Origin: Nemertoderma westbladi
Lineage: Eukaryota > Animalia > Xenacoelomorpha
Length of the DNA stretch: 64,000 nt
Assembly (NCBI GenBank): GCA_032718475.1
Contig: JAUCBJ010006816.1
Location: 1 to 64,000 of the forward strand
Reading direction: 5' to 3'
Shown here: in pieces, positions 49,734 to 63,846 of the stretch
Position numbering within the stretch: position 1 is the stretch's first letter
Layout: each line of letters opens with the position of its first letter
Notes under the pieces: generated by a model
The model's database searches: none
Told to the model about the DNA's origin: nothing
Seen by the model: the letters and a program-made list of their open reading frames with translations, nothing else
Program-made: the position numbers and the translations under genes

Positions 49734-52700
49734 TTAAGTTGGGGAGTCCCTAGATGTTTGTTGGATTAGGGAGGTGGTCGTGGGAAGAGTATCTTGTCTC
49801 CCATAGTTTCCGGAGAGTTCTCTGTCTCTTTCCAGTAAACATAAACGACCCACCGGGCGATTGAGCTGCTGCGTCTCGAAGACGATTCCCGGTTTCTTGA
49901 AGTTACGTCGCATGACGACGAGTTCTACCGATCGCACCAAACCGTCCTCCGAGATATGCGTCTCGATTATACGACCTGTCTGCCACCGCTTACGGGGAAG
50001 ATCCACATCCACAATAAGCACCATGTCTCCAGCGCTAACGTTTTCTTGCTGCGCAAACCACTTAGTTCGAAGTTGTAGCGTGGGCAGATAATGTTTTTCG
50101 AAATGGTCAGCGAAACGACGGGATAACAACTGCATGAGTTGCCAAGTTTGTCGGCAGTATTCGTCTCCGTCTGTGATTTCCGATTGTGGGAGCATGGCTA
50201 CAGGTTTCTTCAGTAGGAAGTGCGTGGGTGTTAGCGCTTCCAGGGAATCGGGACTCGATGAGACTGGCATAAGCGGTCTCTCGTTGAGATAGGCGGTGAT
50301 TTCTTCCATTAACGTCCGCAAAAGTTCGTCGGTGAGATAAGCGCGGCAAGGCACTATAAAATGAAATGCTGTCTTCACGCTTCTTATTAATCTCTCCCAA
50401 CTTCCTCCCCACCAAGGGGCGTCGGCGGCGTTGAAGGTCCAACTAGATGCTGTTACTCGTAGTTGGTCGTCCACCTGTCTTTGGTTCCAGTCTTTGACGT
50501 AAGCTTTGATTTCATTGTTGGCACCAATGAAGTTTGTTCCCTTATCAGATCTCATCGTGTTACTAGTGCCAAAGCGAGCGATCTGTCGTCGTAAGCTTAA
50601 TAGAAAGCTGTTGGTAGATAAATCGTTCACCATATCGAGATGGATGGCTCTACAAGTCATACAAACAAAGATTACACACCATCTCTTGACTATAGTCCTA
50701 GCACGATATACTTCAATAGGGCCAAATAAATCCACACCGGTATTAGTGAAGGGTGGTTCATAAAAACCTTACTCGTTCCCTAGGTAATTCTGCCTCTCGC
50801 TGTGTTAAAGGCCTACTGAATGCTTTCCTACAGGGTATACAGTTCCTAAGAACTTGGTTCAGAGCTCTACGGGGTTTATAAAAATAATAGCGAGTTCGAA
50901 TTTCGCTAAGAACTCGTTCTCTACCAGCATGATAAAGTTTGCTGTGAACATCTACAATCATCTTGACTTGTATTTCAAGATTTCTAATGAGTATGGGGAA
51001 CTTAGTATCAAAGGATAATGGTGCATTCGTTAACCTTCCTCCAACACGTATCAACCCATCTATCATTGTGCTAGAGAAACGATCCCTTAAGCGCATCTGT
51101 GGATTTCTCAACAACAGGAAATACTTATCGGAATCTTCATAGCATTGTAAGAGTCTCAGCATCTGTTTGTTGGTTTCTTCATGCTACTGATAACTGATCT
51201 TCTCCTTCAGAAACTTGTCGGGTACCTTATATTTAGGGAGGTCTTTAATAACATGGACCTGCACTGATGTGATTGGAGCGGTATCACCATTTGTTTTCAT
51301 CCCAGAGTAGTGATGGTGAAAACATCTCTTTAAATATGTAACGGCCTTACAAAGCCGATTCCAAGAACTGTAGTGATGTATCGCTCTCTGCAGAAGGGGT
51401 GAGAGTCCTTGCGAGACGTCTGGTATGCCAGATTTCCAATCCTTATCACGGATTTCCACAACGAGTTTATTTGTGGCTGTGGGTTTCTGATCCAAAGCTT
51501 CGTCTCCGGAAGTATGTAATACAGACAGATCTACTGTGGGTTTGAATAACTTCGATTTACTCGCCTGAGTTTTAGGTTTGACTTTCTCCGCTCCCTTGGC
51601 CTGTCTAATTTCTGCTGTAGTAAGATGAGGAGGCCATTCTTCTTCTTCTTTGTAGAGGAAGTCGGGTCCACCTAACCAGTCTGGAGTATCTACCAGTTCT
51701 TGTGGAGTTGCTCCCCTGGAAGCGATGTCTGCTGGATTAATCGTTCCGGGGCAATGTCTCCATTGATCCATCGTCGTGCGACTGAGTATAATAGCTACTC
51801 TGTTGGTAACGAAGACGCTGAACTGACAGACTTCATTGGTTATATACTCCAACACGAGTAAAGCGTCGGTCCAATAGACAGTTTTCTCCAGGGTATAGTC
51901 GATCTGTTCTGTTACATTCCGGCCGATGGCTGTAGCGTATAGAGCCGCTTTTAACTCCGCTCGAGGAACTTTCAACTTGTTGTTTATTAATGCATTAGAG
52001 GTAACCAAGGCGACTTTAATTCCGTCCGGAGTTTCTACCCTTAGGTAGGCTACTATACCGATTCCCATATCGCTGGCGTCTCCAAACACATGGAGTTGAT
52101 ATGAATACGTAGGGAGAACATGACCAAAATATGAACGGGAAATTATGAAGTTTTCGATGGCTGGTAGAGAATCTTCCCATTTCATCCACTTCTTTAATAA
52201 TTCTCCCTTAAGTGGATCGTCCCATGAGTGGTTTTCAAGCCACATTTGTTGTACTAAACTCCGAGCAATTAATATAACTGGGCTAATAAATCCCAATGGA
52301 TCGAAATAAGTGCTCAGGATACTTAAACATATCCGTTTAGTCCGAACTGGATTATCTCGCTGTTTTAGTTGGAAAAACAGGATATCTCTTTCTGTGTCCC
52401 ATTTCAAACCAAGGGTCTTAGTTTCTGGGAGATCATCCTTTATTAGATCTAGGTCTTTTGTTCCTCGATCTTCTACCGGGATCGACTCCAGAAACTCACG
52501 GGAGTTGCTGGTGAATTTAGTTAATCGAAATCCACCTTTCTTTAAGCATTCTACCGTTCCCTTTGCGACCTCAATGGCTTCTTCGACTGATGGAAGGGAC
52601 TTCAGATTATCGTCCATGTAGATGTCTCGTTTAATATTGTCGATCACTTCTTTAGAGAAGGCGTCTCGGTTGTCATCTGCAGTGGTGCGTACCACGGAAC

Positions 52701-54596
52701 AGGCGTTTGAAGGGCTCGAGATTATCCCAAAAGCTTGGATGGTCATCCAGTACTCCACCGGTTTCTTATTGAGGTCTCCTTCAGGCCACCACAAAAATCG
52801 TAGACTATCTCGATCCCTATCCAGCGCTTTGACTTGTAAGAACATGCCTTCTATATCTGAGGCGAAAGCAATGGAGTATTGTCTTAACCTTAATAATATT
52901 CCCAACAAGGATTGGAGTAAGTTGGGTCCGGGTAACAATTCAGAATTAAGGGATTGGCCCATATAGAGGGCGGAACCGTCAAACACCACTCGTACTTCAT
53001 GGGGTTTACCGGGTTTGGGAACGTAATGGTGAGTTAAGTAATACGTTCTCTCAGTTATAGGAGTTTCTTCCGGTACTAGCTCCGCATATCCCTTGCTAAT
53101 AAACTTCTTCAACTGCGTTTTATACATTTCTTTAGCTGAAGAATTTGCCGTAAGGCGTCGATGTAGTTGAGCAATTCTTTTCTCTGCCAAAGGTCTGTTG
53201 TTAATGAACTTTGGTTCTCGCTTTCGGAAAGGAAGACCGATCTCATATCTACCTTGATCTTTAAGAAAACGAGTAGTTGTCGCTTGGATCTGCTTGGCTC
53301 TTTCTTCCTCCACCGATAGGGCCTTATCGTAGGAGTTGGGCTCTACGACCTCTTGAGTAAAGAATCTCACGGCATGTTCATCCCGAGTCTTGGCATTATA
53401 ACGTTCAATGACGTCATTAAGCTCGTCGTTATAGTCGTCTCGCTCAGATGGGTGAAGGAGTTGACATAAGTTCACTTGATTTTGCCAAGTCTCGCTTTCC
53501 TTAAGGAGATCGATGGCATTCTCCTCATCAAAGAGTTGATGTATATCGTCGTTGTCTGAGGAGTATGGAGTTCCCTCAGTTGGATCGTCGAACTCACTGT
53601 TCTCAACTTCCCATTCTCGTGCTTGATATACTTGGTCTTTCGGTAATCTTTCCATTAGAGTTCTACGGGAAGGGCCAGTAAAGTACCAACCTACTCTAGT
53701 TCTTCCCGCATAAACTTGTAGAGGTTGCGGTTGAGCAGGTCGTTTCTCTAATGTCTCGAGCGCTTCATGCGCATTTTGACCGATGAGTATTTGCACTCCA
53801 GGATAATCTGTCTGGAATCGAGGTATCTTAAGATGTTGGATGCTCTTATCCTCGTCCCAATTATAAAGGTCTGCTTGAGTAGTAGCGAAGTTCTTTATAG
53901 CCACCATTTTCACTGACCTTATGCTATGTTCTCCTAGTTCGTCCTGTGGGGTGGACAATGCACCTACATAATAATCCGCGGTTACTGTGGATTTCCAAAC
54001 TTGCATAATTCCTGACATGTTTAGCTTAGTTCGGAACTTGGGTTGTCCATCAAATATGTCTTCGGCTAGCTCTTTATCGATGAATGTTCCTGTACTACCG
54101 GAGTCGAGGAGGACGTTCACTACATAACTCCTTTTCGGTTCGTGGACCCTTACCTGTACCACAGGAAATTCTCTAATCCCTACATTGGAAGTTGGCGCTT
54201 TCCAAAATGGTTGTCGATCAGAAGTGGTTAGAGCGAGGTCAATGTCTGTATCTTTTTCATAGATGAGTGCTCGATACACTGTGGTATTTATCATGTAACA
54301 GGATTCGTTTTCGTCGGAGAACTCGTCCGTATAGAATCCTTCCATCTCAGATTGATCAGTGTCGTTCACATCACTGAATTGGACATGTAGTTCGGAATCA
54401 CTTACCTGACTCGGACTATTTCGCTCGAATTCAGTGTGCAACAAGATATGATGTTTCGCACCGCACTTGGCACATCTTGTGTCAGAGTAACAGGTTCGCC
54501 GTTGGTGTCCTTGTCTGAGGCAATTATAGCACAACCGCTTGTCCCACATGACTTCACGTCTCTCCGTTAATGATTTCTTTAGAAATTCATCACACA
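49734..54596 (-). CDS. BEL/Pao gag(C-terminal)-pol: Zn knuckles, protease, RT, RNase H, integrase (one in-frame stop at 51184, one frameshift near 50765)
   Basis: CYNCLRQGHQRRTC..CAKCGAKHHILLH, LLDSGS, YMDD, HVFGDAS, H..HAG..C..C, GVDLFGP, RSDKGTNF, WERLI. Confidence 0.95.
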
Positions 54597-55165
54597 TGTT
54601 AGCTTATTCAATCCCGCTAACACCCCATAAAGTTATAAGCCGATAAGCAATATTGGGAGCCACGAGATTGGGCAATTAACCAACTCGTGCCATCCCAATA
54701 AGAGTGGGAAGGAAGCACACAATAGAGGGTCAGGGGCCAAACCCCTAACCCAGAGAGAACAGGTGGAGTGAACGGGAACACTCCACGGGGCGCCAACAAG
54801 GGTAACAACCAATCAGAGGGGGGGCAAGGCATCGATTGAGTAGCAATAAGGCCACCGTGCAATATAACCAATAACCTATTAATCAGTGATTCAGTTATCT
54901 CAGTGCAGCAGTGCTAGCGTAGGTTGGTATTGTACTTTAGTTTAGTTAGGGGATCACGGGACTTTAGTTACCGTATCCCGCCTTGTACACATTATATCTA
55001 TATCTATATCCTATGCCCTATTATTATTATACACCGAACTTCAGAACTCAGTTACTTTATTTCATCCTTATACACGGCGGGGACGCGTGGACTAAATTAC
55101 CACACCGGATAAATCGGGATCCCTCCTGGATCCCGTCACAGTAACTAAACCCGGTGCCCTGAACA
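54597..55165 (+). repeat. Putative 5' LTR of the nested element (right end uncertain: 55140, 55165 or 55226)
   Basis: TGTT start; CCAATCAGAG, TATAA and TCAGT promoter-like motifs; candidate ends ...GAACA. The partner LTR is outside the window. Confidence 0.5.
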
Positions 55166-55272
55166 GTAACTAAAACCCAAACCACCTACTAGTAACTAAA
55201 TCCGAGGAAGAAGCCCCAGTTGAACATCAAAAACTGCAGCCTAGCTAGCCGAACCATCAGCCACCAGACGAG

Positions 55273-58200
55273 ATGAGTGAAACGGGCGACACACCGACGC
55301 GGACCCCGGACGAAGATCAAACGATCCGCGAGGCCGTGACCAAGCGATACAGGCCCACGACGCCGGAGCCATCGATAACGGGCGAACCGGAAGTCCAGAA
55401 CGAGCCAAGAGAAAGCGAGAGCGGGACGGAGGGAGATGGAGACGAGTCGATACGAGATGGAGAACGGCGCGCCGATGTCGCCGGCCAGCTACCGGCCGAA
55501 GGCGACGAGCGGCCCACCGAAACGGCGACGGTGGGGCCGACGGTGCGACGCCGGACGCGAAGAGACAGAGGAGAGATCGGTACCGATGTCGCCGGCCAGC
55601 TACAGGCCGAGGGCGACGGACGGCCCACCGGAACGGCGACGGTGGGGCAGCCGGTACGACGCCAAACCCGGAGGGACGGAGGAGAGGTCGGCGACGAGGA
55701 CGTCGGGGTTTCAGAACGACTTCGACGGGCCTACAACGCGACCCGGAAGCTGATGAAGGACGCCAAGAAGGAAGGAGCGAAGGTAGACGAGGTGAGACTG
55801 AGAAAGCGACTAGGTGAGTCGGATAGACACTTTAATTACCTGATACGTTTTGGGCAGAGAGAACTAGCCGGGGAGAGAGCAAAAGGGGTTGCGGGCGAAC
55901 TGTTTGAACTATGGGAGTGCGGGAGTATGGAACCTAGCGTAGCGCCAGTGTACATAGGGCCATACTTGGTCGATGCCCGGGGAGCAAAATTAGTGGGTTG
56001 GAGGGAACCCGAGGGGGGCGGATCCGAGGTTAACCCCGAGGATTCGGCCTCGTCGGTCGGAGAGAGTTCGGGGAAGCGGGGGAAAGTTAGTAGGTCGGGA
56101 AGGCGGAGGGGGTCCGTTGTAACCGATAAGTCTGCTACATCCTCCACGAAAGAAAGAGTGGTGAGAGAGATAGGTGCCGCATACCGTCTCAGCATGGTAG
56201 AACAAGGTCAGAGGGAAATGGAGGAACGGTTAGAGGAGGGGAGAGTGCGGTTAGCGAGGGAAGAAGCATTGATTAGAGAAACCGGAGAGAGGGCAGAGAG
56301 GGCTTTGAGAAATCTTAGGGAGTGTGAGGAAATAGAGGAAAAGGAGTGTAGGGAGCGTGAGGAGAGGGAGGATAGGGAACGTAAAGAGCGTGAGGAGAGG
56401 GAGGATAGGGAACGCAAAGAGCGTGAGGCGAGAAGGGAAAAGGAACGTAAGGAGCGCGAGGCGAGACGAAGGGAGAGTATTAGGTGTGTAGCGGAGTCGG
56501 CCGCCCGGGACACCCAGGAGTGTGAGAAGAGAAAGGCAGAGGCTGAACGAGAGCAGAAAGAAATAAGGAAACGCCAGAATGTGCTTGCGGGAGATAAGAT
56601 TAGACGGGCGCACGAGCTGCAACTGGTGCGAGCGTCGCCGTCTGAAAGCGGGGCCGGCTCGAGTATTTTTAGGGAGCCGGGGGCCGTAGATACATTTATT
56701 AATACCCCACTGACAGGGACCGCACGACAGACTCGAGACTGGTGCGACCGTGCGGGCGGGGGGGGGGGGGTAATAATAATAATGGTACAGTAGACGTTGT
56801 TAATATTGATAATACCGTATGGGACGACACTAATCAAACCTTTATTACAGGAAATACTTTGCCTAGTGGTAGTAATTTAAATTTAAATCAGAACAATCCC
56901 AATATTAATGTAGGAAATAATTCTAATATTGATGTAGTTACGCAAAATAATTCAAATAATCAAAATAATAACCCAAATTCGAACCTACAAAATAATTTAA
57001 ATAACGCAGTTACGCAAAATAATTCGAATAATTTAAATAATGACCTATGCCCGAATTTACGAAATAATTCAGATAACGTAGTCGCGCAGAATAATACAAA
57101 TGATTTTGTTTCAAACGAGCAAATTAATTCCGTTTCCAATATGGGTGCTATTAATGTAAACACGTCGGGCCTACATAACCAGGCGGAAGAGGGCCTGGTA
57201 GGTCACATAGTCGGTAGCCAGACGGATGAGGGCCTGGTAGGCCACGTAGTTAGTAGACAGGGAATAGAGGGCCTGGTAGGCCACGTAGTTAGTAGACAGG
57301 GAGCAGAGGGCCTGGTAGGCCATGTAGTTGGTAGGCAGGGAGTAGAGGGCCTGGAAGGCCACGTAATAGCAGGGGAAAAGGCGGGGGTGAATAGACCCGA
57401 CCGCAGTAGGGTTGATGTGTCGACTAGAGAGGTATATAATAGCGGGGAGAGAGGTAGCGAAGTTAGATGTAGCGAGTGGGGGGGGGCTACGAGGACCCCA
57501 CAACAGAGAGTTAGCGGCGAGAGGGGGGGGGGGCAGGGAGTGTCCCACAGCCGTCAGCGGATAATGCGAGGGCCGAAATAGGTAAACCGCAACGACCGGC
57601 GACGGAAAGTAATAGGGGGATCGCGAGTATCCCCAGCGGCGTGCGACCGAGCAGAGAGGGACAGGTTGACGTCGCGAGAGGGTGGACGAAGCGTCGAGCC
57701 CGATCAGAGGAGGGAAGAAGAACAGTGGGGTTTAACCGGGAGGTCGACGAGAGATCTCGCGAGCGGGAATATTCCACTGATAGGAGAAGAAAGGAAGACA
57801 GTAGTAGAAGTATCGCCACAAACGATAGAAGAGCGAGGACGGATAGCGAGCCGTCGATAGTCGAGATGAGAACGGAGAGTCAGTGGGGTCGGACTCCGGG
57901 AGATTGCCGTCGCCCCGGAGGGACGCGACCCGGCGAGGCGCACTACGCGCCGAGAGAGGGGTACGCGATGTACCGGTACGAAGATGAGAACAGTAGAGAG
58001 GGGGGTCGAAGAGAAACTTTCCGATGGGATATACCTACCGAACGAGAATACGGTAGCCGCGGGGAGGATTAGGCCTATTCGAGAAGAATAAACTTCGATC
58101 CCGAACAACACATGCAGACTGTAGGACATACTGTAGGCCTTACTGCACATACCATAGGCCATACTGAGAGAGGCTGTATAGGCGATAGGATAGCGCGGAC

Positions 58201-61200
58201 GACGGAATTAAACCCGGAAGTCGCGGAATACGTACCGGCGAGTAGGCCAGAAGCTGATAGGCCTATACCGGTACCAGCACAGCAGTATGACTACAACATG
58301 CAGGGACATAACATATACCCAGGGGAGGGGGGAATTATTGCGGATAGGTGCATGGGCCCCAACATATTAACATCAACCCCATTGCCAAACATACCGGTGG
58401 GGGGGGACAGGGTGACATTCCCCCATCACAATATCAACAATATACCCCGATGGTAGCAAGAACAACGAGACCCCTGGACGAAAACAGATCGTATGACACA
58501 GATATATGGAGGGGGCCGCTACCCCCAATGACATACCCAAGCCAGGGAAGGTCAAGAAATAGGACAGACGGAACGCACCAGACAGGGGAAACTATACAGC
58601 ACCCGTCGAATCCATTGGAAGCGCAGGCGATAGGGATGGCCACGTTGATCGATGCTTTGAAAACGAGGATCGAGTTACCACCCGTGGAACCATTCAAGTT
58701 CGATGGGAGTAGGCCGGAAGAATACTTACAGTTTCGGCGAATGTATAGTAACGAAATACTAACAAAAAACTTGACGCAGGCGGAGTGCCTAAAGTATCTA
58801 CAAGTGTACACGGGAGGCCCAGCATACGACATCGTGAGGCATTATCAGGGAATAGAGGGCGGCTTCACGACAGCATGGCTGGCACTGGATAGGGAATACG
58901 GGCACCCGGCCAAGATCATCAGGCAGACGCTGAGAGGCATAACATCGGGTGGCCTACAGGATAACCCCGTTAGCATCAAGACGTTTGCTAACAAAGTCGA
59001 AAAGGCGCTAATCGTGTTGAAGACGCTAGACGCGCCGTACGAGCTCAACGCGTCCAATAACATCACCACGATAGCGCAGGCACTACCGAACTGGCTGCGC
59101 AACAAGTGGAGGAAGATCGCCTTCTCCACTCGAGAAAAGAAGGGTGCGGAACCAGGTTTAGAAGAAATGTCAAACTTCTTAAATTACGAGGCTGAACTAA
59201 TAACGGACCCAGTCTATAGCGAAGATAGCCTGGGAAAGGGACCAAAGACAGATCACTACAGGCCGAAACCAGAGCACAATACATCAAACGCATTGCCGAG
59301 GCTCAGGCAATCATTGCCATATGCAGCGACCCAGGGGACTGCAAGTCCACAGGCAAACGAAGATAAGACTACATCATGGAACGGACAGGGGAACAATAAC
59401 AACATGAATAAACATAACCCCAGTACGTCCAGTAGGCCAAATCCAGTCAACAAGAATAGTAGGGACTTTGGTACGAATATAACTGCGATACGCAATGCAT
59501 TGTATAAAGAGGGCTACGACCCAAAGAGCAAATGCCAGTTACACGCAAATGCGCTTCATAAAACCATGAACTGCAGGTACTGGCAGGCGCTACCGAGGCA
59601 AGACCAGATAGATTACGCGTCGAGCAATAAAATCTGCTCGCGATGTGTGAAGAGTGGACACAAGGCCAGGGAGTGCCAAGAGAAGCCGGTCAAGTTTGGC
59701 CAAAGGAGAGGCCAAACGATGGCAACGAGCACGGTAGGGGCGAAGAAGAGAGGCACGGTGTTACTTGGAGTAGTACCGGTGCGAGTGATCGGGGAGGGCA
59801 ATCGATCAGTAACAACACTAATGCTGGTTGATAGTGGAACTGCCTTCACATTAGTCGAGGAATGGGTAGCCGAAGAAATAGGATTGAGAACAAGGCCAAG
59901 CAGAATGGCGGTAACAACCATCTCTAGCAAAGATGAGATCCTAGAGATGAGGACAGGACGGTGCGCAATTGCAGCAGTGGCACCAGGATGCGATTATGGG
60001 GCAACCATCGACCCCATCCAAGTAATAGAGTCAATTAACATCAATGCCAGGCGGCCAACCAACATCGAGGTCAAGCAATACAAATTCCTGGACGACATTG
60101 ACTTCTCGATCCCAGACGTGGACGTTAGGAAGGTATCCATCATAGTAGGAATGGACTGCCCGACGGCCCACGAAAGAATGCAAACGGTCTTCGGCGAAGA
60201 CAAGCAGAGCGACCCGGTGGCCATATTAACACCATTCGGGTGGACGCTGAGTGGTCCAATTAAGAGCAAGATACCATTCAGGATGTCGGAGATATCAGGA
60301 TGCATGTTCGCAGGAACAATGCAGGAAATGGGTGATGAGGGAGCAGAGGAGCAGCTTAAAAGACTGCTCAGACAAGACTTTGAGGGACTGAAAGAGACCG
60401 GGGTCGGGACCTCGGTAGAAGACAAACAGGCTCTACGAAGCGTGGAGGAATCGATGACGTGTGATGAGGGGCGGTATACAATAGGAATGGTATGGAAACT
60501 ACCGAAGATACCGCTACCCGATAATAGAGGGATGGTACTCACGAGACTCCGCAAGCTGAAACAAACACTAAAACGGAGCCCCGAGAAGAACGAGTACATT
60601 CACAAAATGATTAAGAAGTACGTCGAGAAGGGATGGGCCGTGGAGTTACCGGTCGACGAACCGAACACGGACAGGACATACTACCTGCCACTCCACGTAG
60701 CTTTAGACCCAAAGAAAGGTAAACTTAGGATGGTAGTCGATGCATCGGCAAAGACCGACGGAAAGTGCTTAAACGACTACCTACTAGAGGGCCCAAACAT
60801 ATACAATTCGGGCATAGAAGTACTACTTAGATTTAGGAATGGGAAACACGCCTTCACGTGCGACATAGAAGGCATGTTCAACCAAGTCCGTGTAACAGAG
60901 GAAGACAGCGACAGTCAACGCTTCTTATGGTATAACGGCGAGGAAGAACCGCCTATAATACCGGCATATAAGATGGTAGTACAAAACATGGGGGCCAAGT
61001 CGTCCTCATTTACGACGACTATGGCAGTAAGAGACACGGTAAAGGGGAAGGAAGATATATATAGCAGTAGGGCCGTCGATATGATCCGACGCGGCTTCTA
61101 CGTAGACGACGGTATGGAGTCTGGAAATATGGTTGAGGAGATACTGGAAACAGGGCGCGAGGTTCGCGACATCCTGAAAGGATCCGGCTTCAACCTGACC

Positions 61201-63738
61201 AAATTCCAATCCAGTTCAGAAGAATTTATCAAGGCAATAGAGGACAAGAAACCAGAATCGACCATGGACAACCCTACAACAGCCAAAGGACAGGACATGG
61301 CGAATAAGAGAACACAATCGCAGCAAAAGGCATTGGGAATCGTGTGGGATAGAGGAACAGACGAACTGAAGTATCAGCTGAGCCAAGAGGGCGCAGACAC
61401 CCATACGAAGAGGGGTTATGTATCGTATATAGCAAGGATATACGATCCCCTAGGCCTAGCATCCCCATTACTAGTCACGGGGAAACAGATACTCAAGAGA
61501 GTATATAAATTGAAGGATGAGTGGGACGTAGAGGTACCAGAGGACATTAAGAAACAGTGGAGCAAATGGACAGGAGACTTGGAAAGGATGGGAACATACA
61601 ACATGCCGCGAGTGTATTTCCCGGACGGGAACATGACGAATCTGGACCTACATATGTTCTCCGACGCGTCGTTAGAGGCATACGGAGCGGCACTCTATTT
61701 AGTACAACGAGAGGGGGCTCACAAGCCCAGACTAGCCTTTAGTAAAGCTAAGTCAACGCCGCCAGATTCAGCATCTGTTCCCAAGTTAGAATTGACAGCT
61801 GCGAGACTAGGAGTTAGAGCCACAGCCTACCTAGTGGATACAATTCCCAACATAGTGGAGACACACTACTGGACGGACTCCATGGTAGTGCTTGGTTGGC
61901 TACACAACGAAAAGACGAGATACCCAATATTCGTCGCGAATAGAGTGGACGAAATAAGGGCGAGCACAGAACTGGAAAGGTGGCACTACTGCCCAACAGA
62001 CGAGAACCCAGCGGACTTGCTGTCGAGGGGCGTGGAACGCCACACTTTCTTAAAGAAGGAAGTATTGTGGCAACATGGGCCACAATTTCTGAGCGATAAA
62101 GAGGCCTGGCCGCCAATGAGAAAGGTGGAGCCGGGCTCAGAAGTGGTGTCAGAGGGAGAAGAGGGAGACTCGGAGGGAGAAGAGATATACTCCCAGATGG
62201 TGAGGGAGATTAGGGACGTGCAACCAAAGCAAGAACTACGCGATAACCCGACGGACAAACTCCTCAGCTACAGTTCTAGTTGGTACAAGACCAAGAAACT
62301 AGTGGCGTACTGGAGAGCCTTCGGGAATTTCCTCGCGGGAGTTAATAAGGAGAAGAAAACCAGGGAAACCATAGATCTGGAAGGAGCAGCCAAGGCAATA
62401 ATCCGCCATGAACAACGGAAGAACTACGGCGACGAGGTGGAACGTGTCGGCAACCAACAGCACCTCCGACGGGACAGCGAGTTGATTACGCTGTCGCCAC
62501 AACTCAACGAGGATGGGATTCTAGTAATGAATTCTAGGGTGGGATATAACAACAGCATAGTCGTGCCACCGAAACCCATCATCATTCCCACAGGATCGCC
62601 TATAGTCCACCAGATCATATGGGACTCCCACAAATCGATACTGCATGGGGGCACCAACCGAACCCTCACAGAGATAAGGAGGACCTATTGGGTCAAACAA
62701 TTAAGGAAGAAGGTTAAAGCGGTAGTGGGGCAGTGCCAGACCTGCCGACGAGTGAAGAAGGAACGAGCCGTACAGGAGATGGCGCCACTACCGGCGAGTA
62801 GGGTAAGACAGCACGACCCGCCATTTACGCATTGCGGTGTGGACATGTTCGGGCCGATAAAGATCAAGGTGATGCGACACACGGAGAAACGCTACGGTAT
62901 TATCTTCGTATGCAACAATACGCGGGCGGTAGGGATAGAACTCGCCCAAGATGCAACCGCATCAGCATTCATTAACGCCTTAGAAAGGTTTAGGGACCGC
63001 AAAGGTGGGACGATCGCAGTGATATACAGCGACAACGGCACCAACTTTGTGGGCGCAGAGAGTGAGATGGCAGAAGCCTTGGACATCTTAGAAGGAGAAG
63101 AAGTCAGGGCGGCCATGAGAAGACGACAAGTAAAGTGGGAGAGAAGGACGCCGTATGCACCACATACACTAGGATGCTTCGAGAGACTGGTGGGCAGTTC
63201 AAAGCGTCTAATGACGAAGTTAATGAACACCCACATGGTCACTGAAGACGTCTTACGGACAGTACTTGCGAAGTGCGAGGGGATCATTAATAGCAGACCG
63301 CTATACCCGGAGAATGATGACCCTGAGTCATTAGACGTGTTGACGCCTAGCCATTTTCTGATGGAAAGGCCAGCGACCATCGATATGCGGGGTGTAGACC
63401 CAGATGATATACATTCCCGCCAGAGTTGGAAAGTCGCTAAAGCAATAAGCGCAGAGTATTGGAGGAGGTGGGTAGAAGAATACCTACCCACGCTCCATAA
63501 GCGAAGCAAGTGGAGGAAACCGAACAGGGAGTTAAAAGAGGGAGATCTCGTAATCGTCACGGATGATACTATCATCAACAACCAATGGCGGTTGGCGAGA
63601 GTTGTAGGCACCTACTCCGACGAGGACGGAAGAGTCCGATCGGTAGAAGTGCGAATAGGTGGAAAGATAGGTGCGAAGGACAGAAAAACTTACAGGAGAG
63701 CTGTAGGGAAATGCTGTCTTCTAGAAGGGGCACCTTAG
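55273..63738 (+). CDS. BEL/Pao gag-pol polyprotein (~2800 aa if joined; three shifts at G-runs near 56765, 57530 and 58400, and one in-frame TAG at 58070)
   Basis: FKFDGSRPEEY gag motif, CQLH..H...C and CSRCVKSGHKAREC, LVDSGT protease, FYVDD RT, MFSDAS RNase H, integrase GVDMFGP / SDNGTNF / FERLV, and WVEEYLPTL. Confidence 0.93.
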
Positions 63739-63846
63739 AAGTGGAGTTAGTGCGTAGTTTAGTCGTCCAAGTTTTGGACTGAGGGGGGTGGGATTGAGGG
63801 CGAGACGCCCTTCCCACACAAATAAAATAAAAATAAAATAAAAAAT

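Larger units (their letters stand above)
43042..54596 (-). mobile_element. BEL/Pao LTR retrotransposon with an additional 3' ORF; its 5' part is displaced by a nested insertion
   Basis: 3' LTR at 43042-44230 (homologous to 24471-25649), PPT-like GGGAGCGG, the extra ORF, a 1.6-kb spacer, and BEL-type gag-pol. Confidence 0.92.

Noticed and set aside
55317-63817. Many antisense ORFs over the gag-pol genes
   Set aside because: Shadow frames of purine-rich coding sequence with no motifs.
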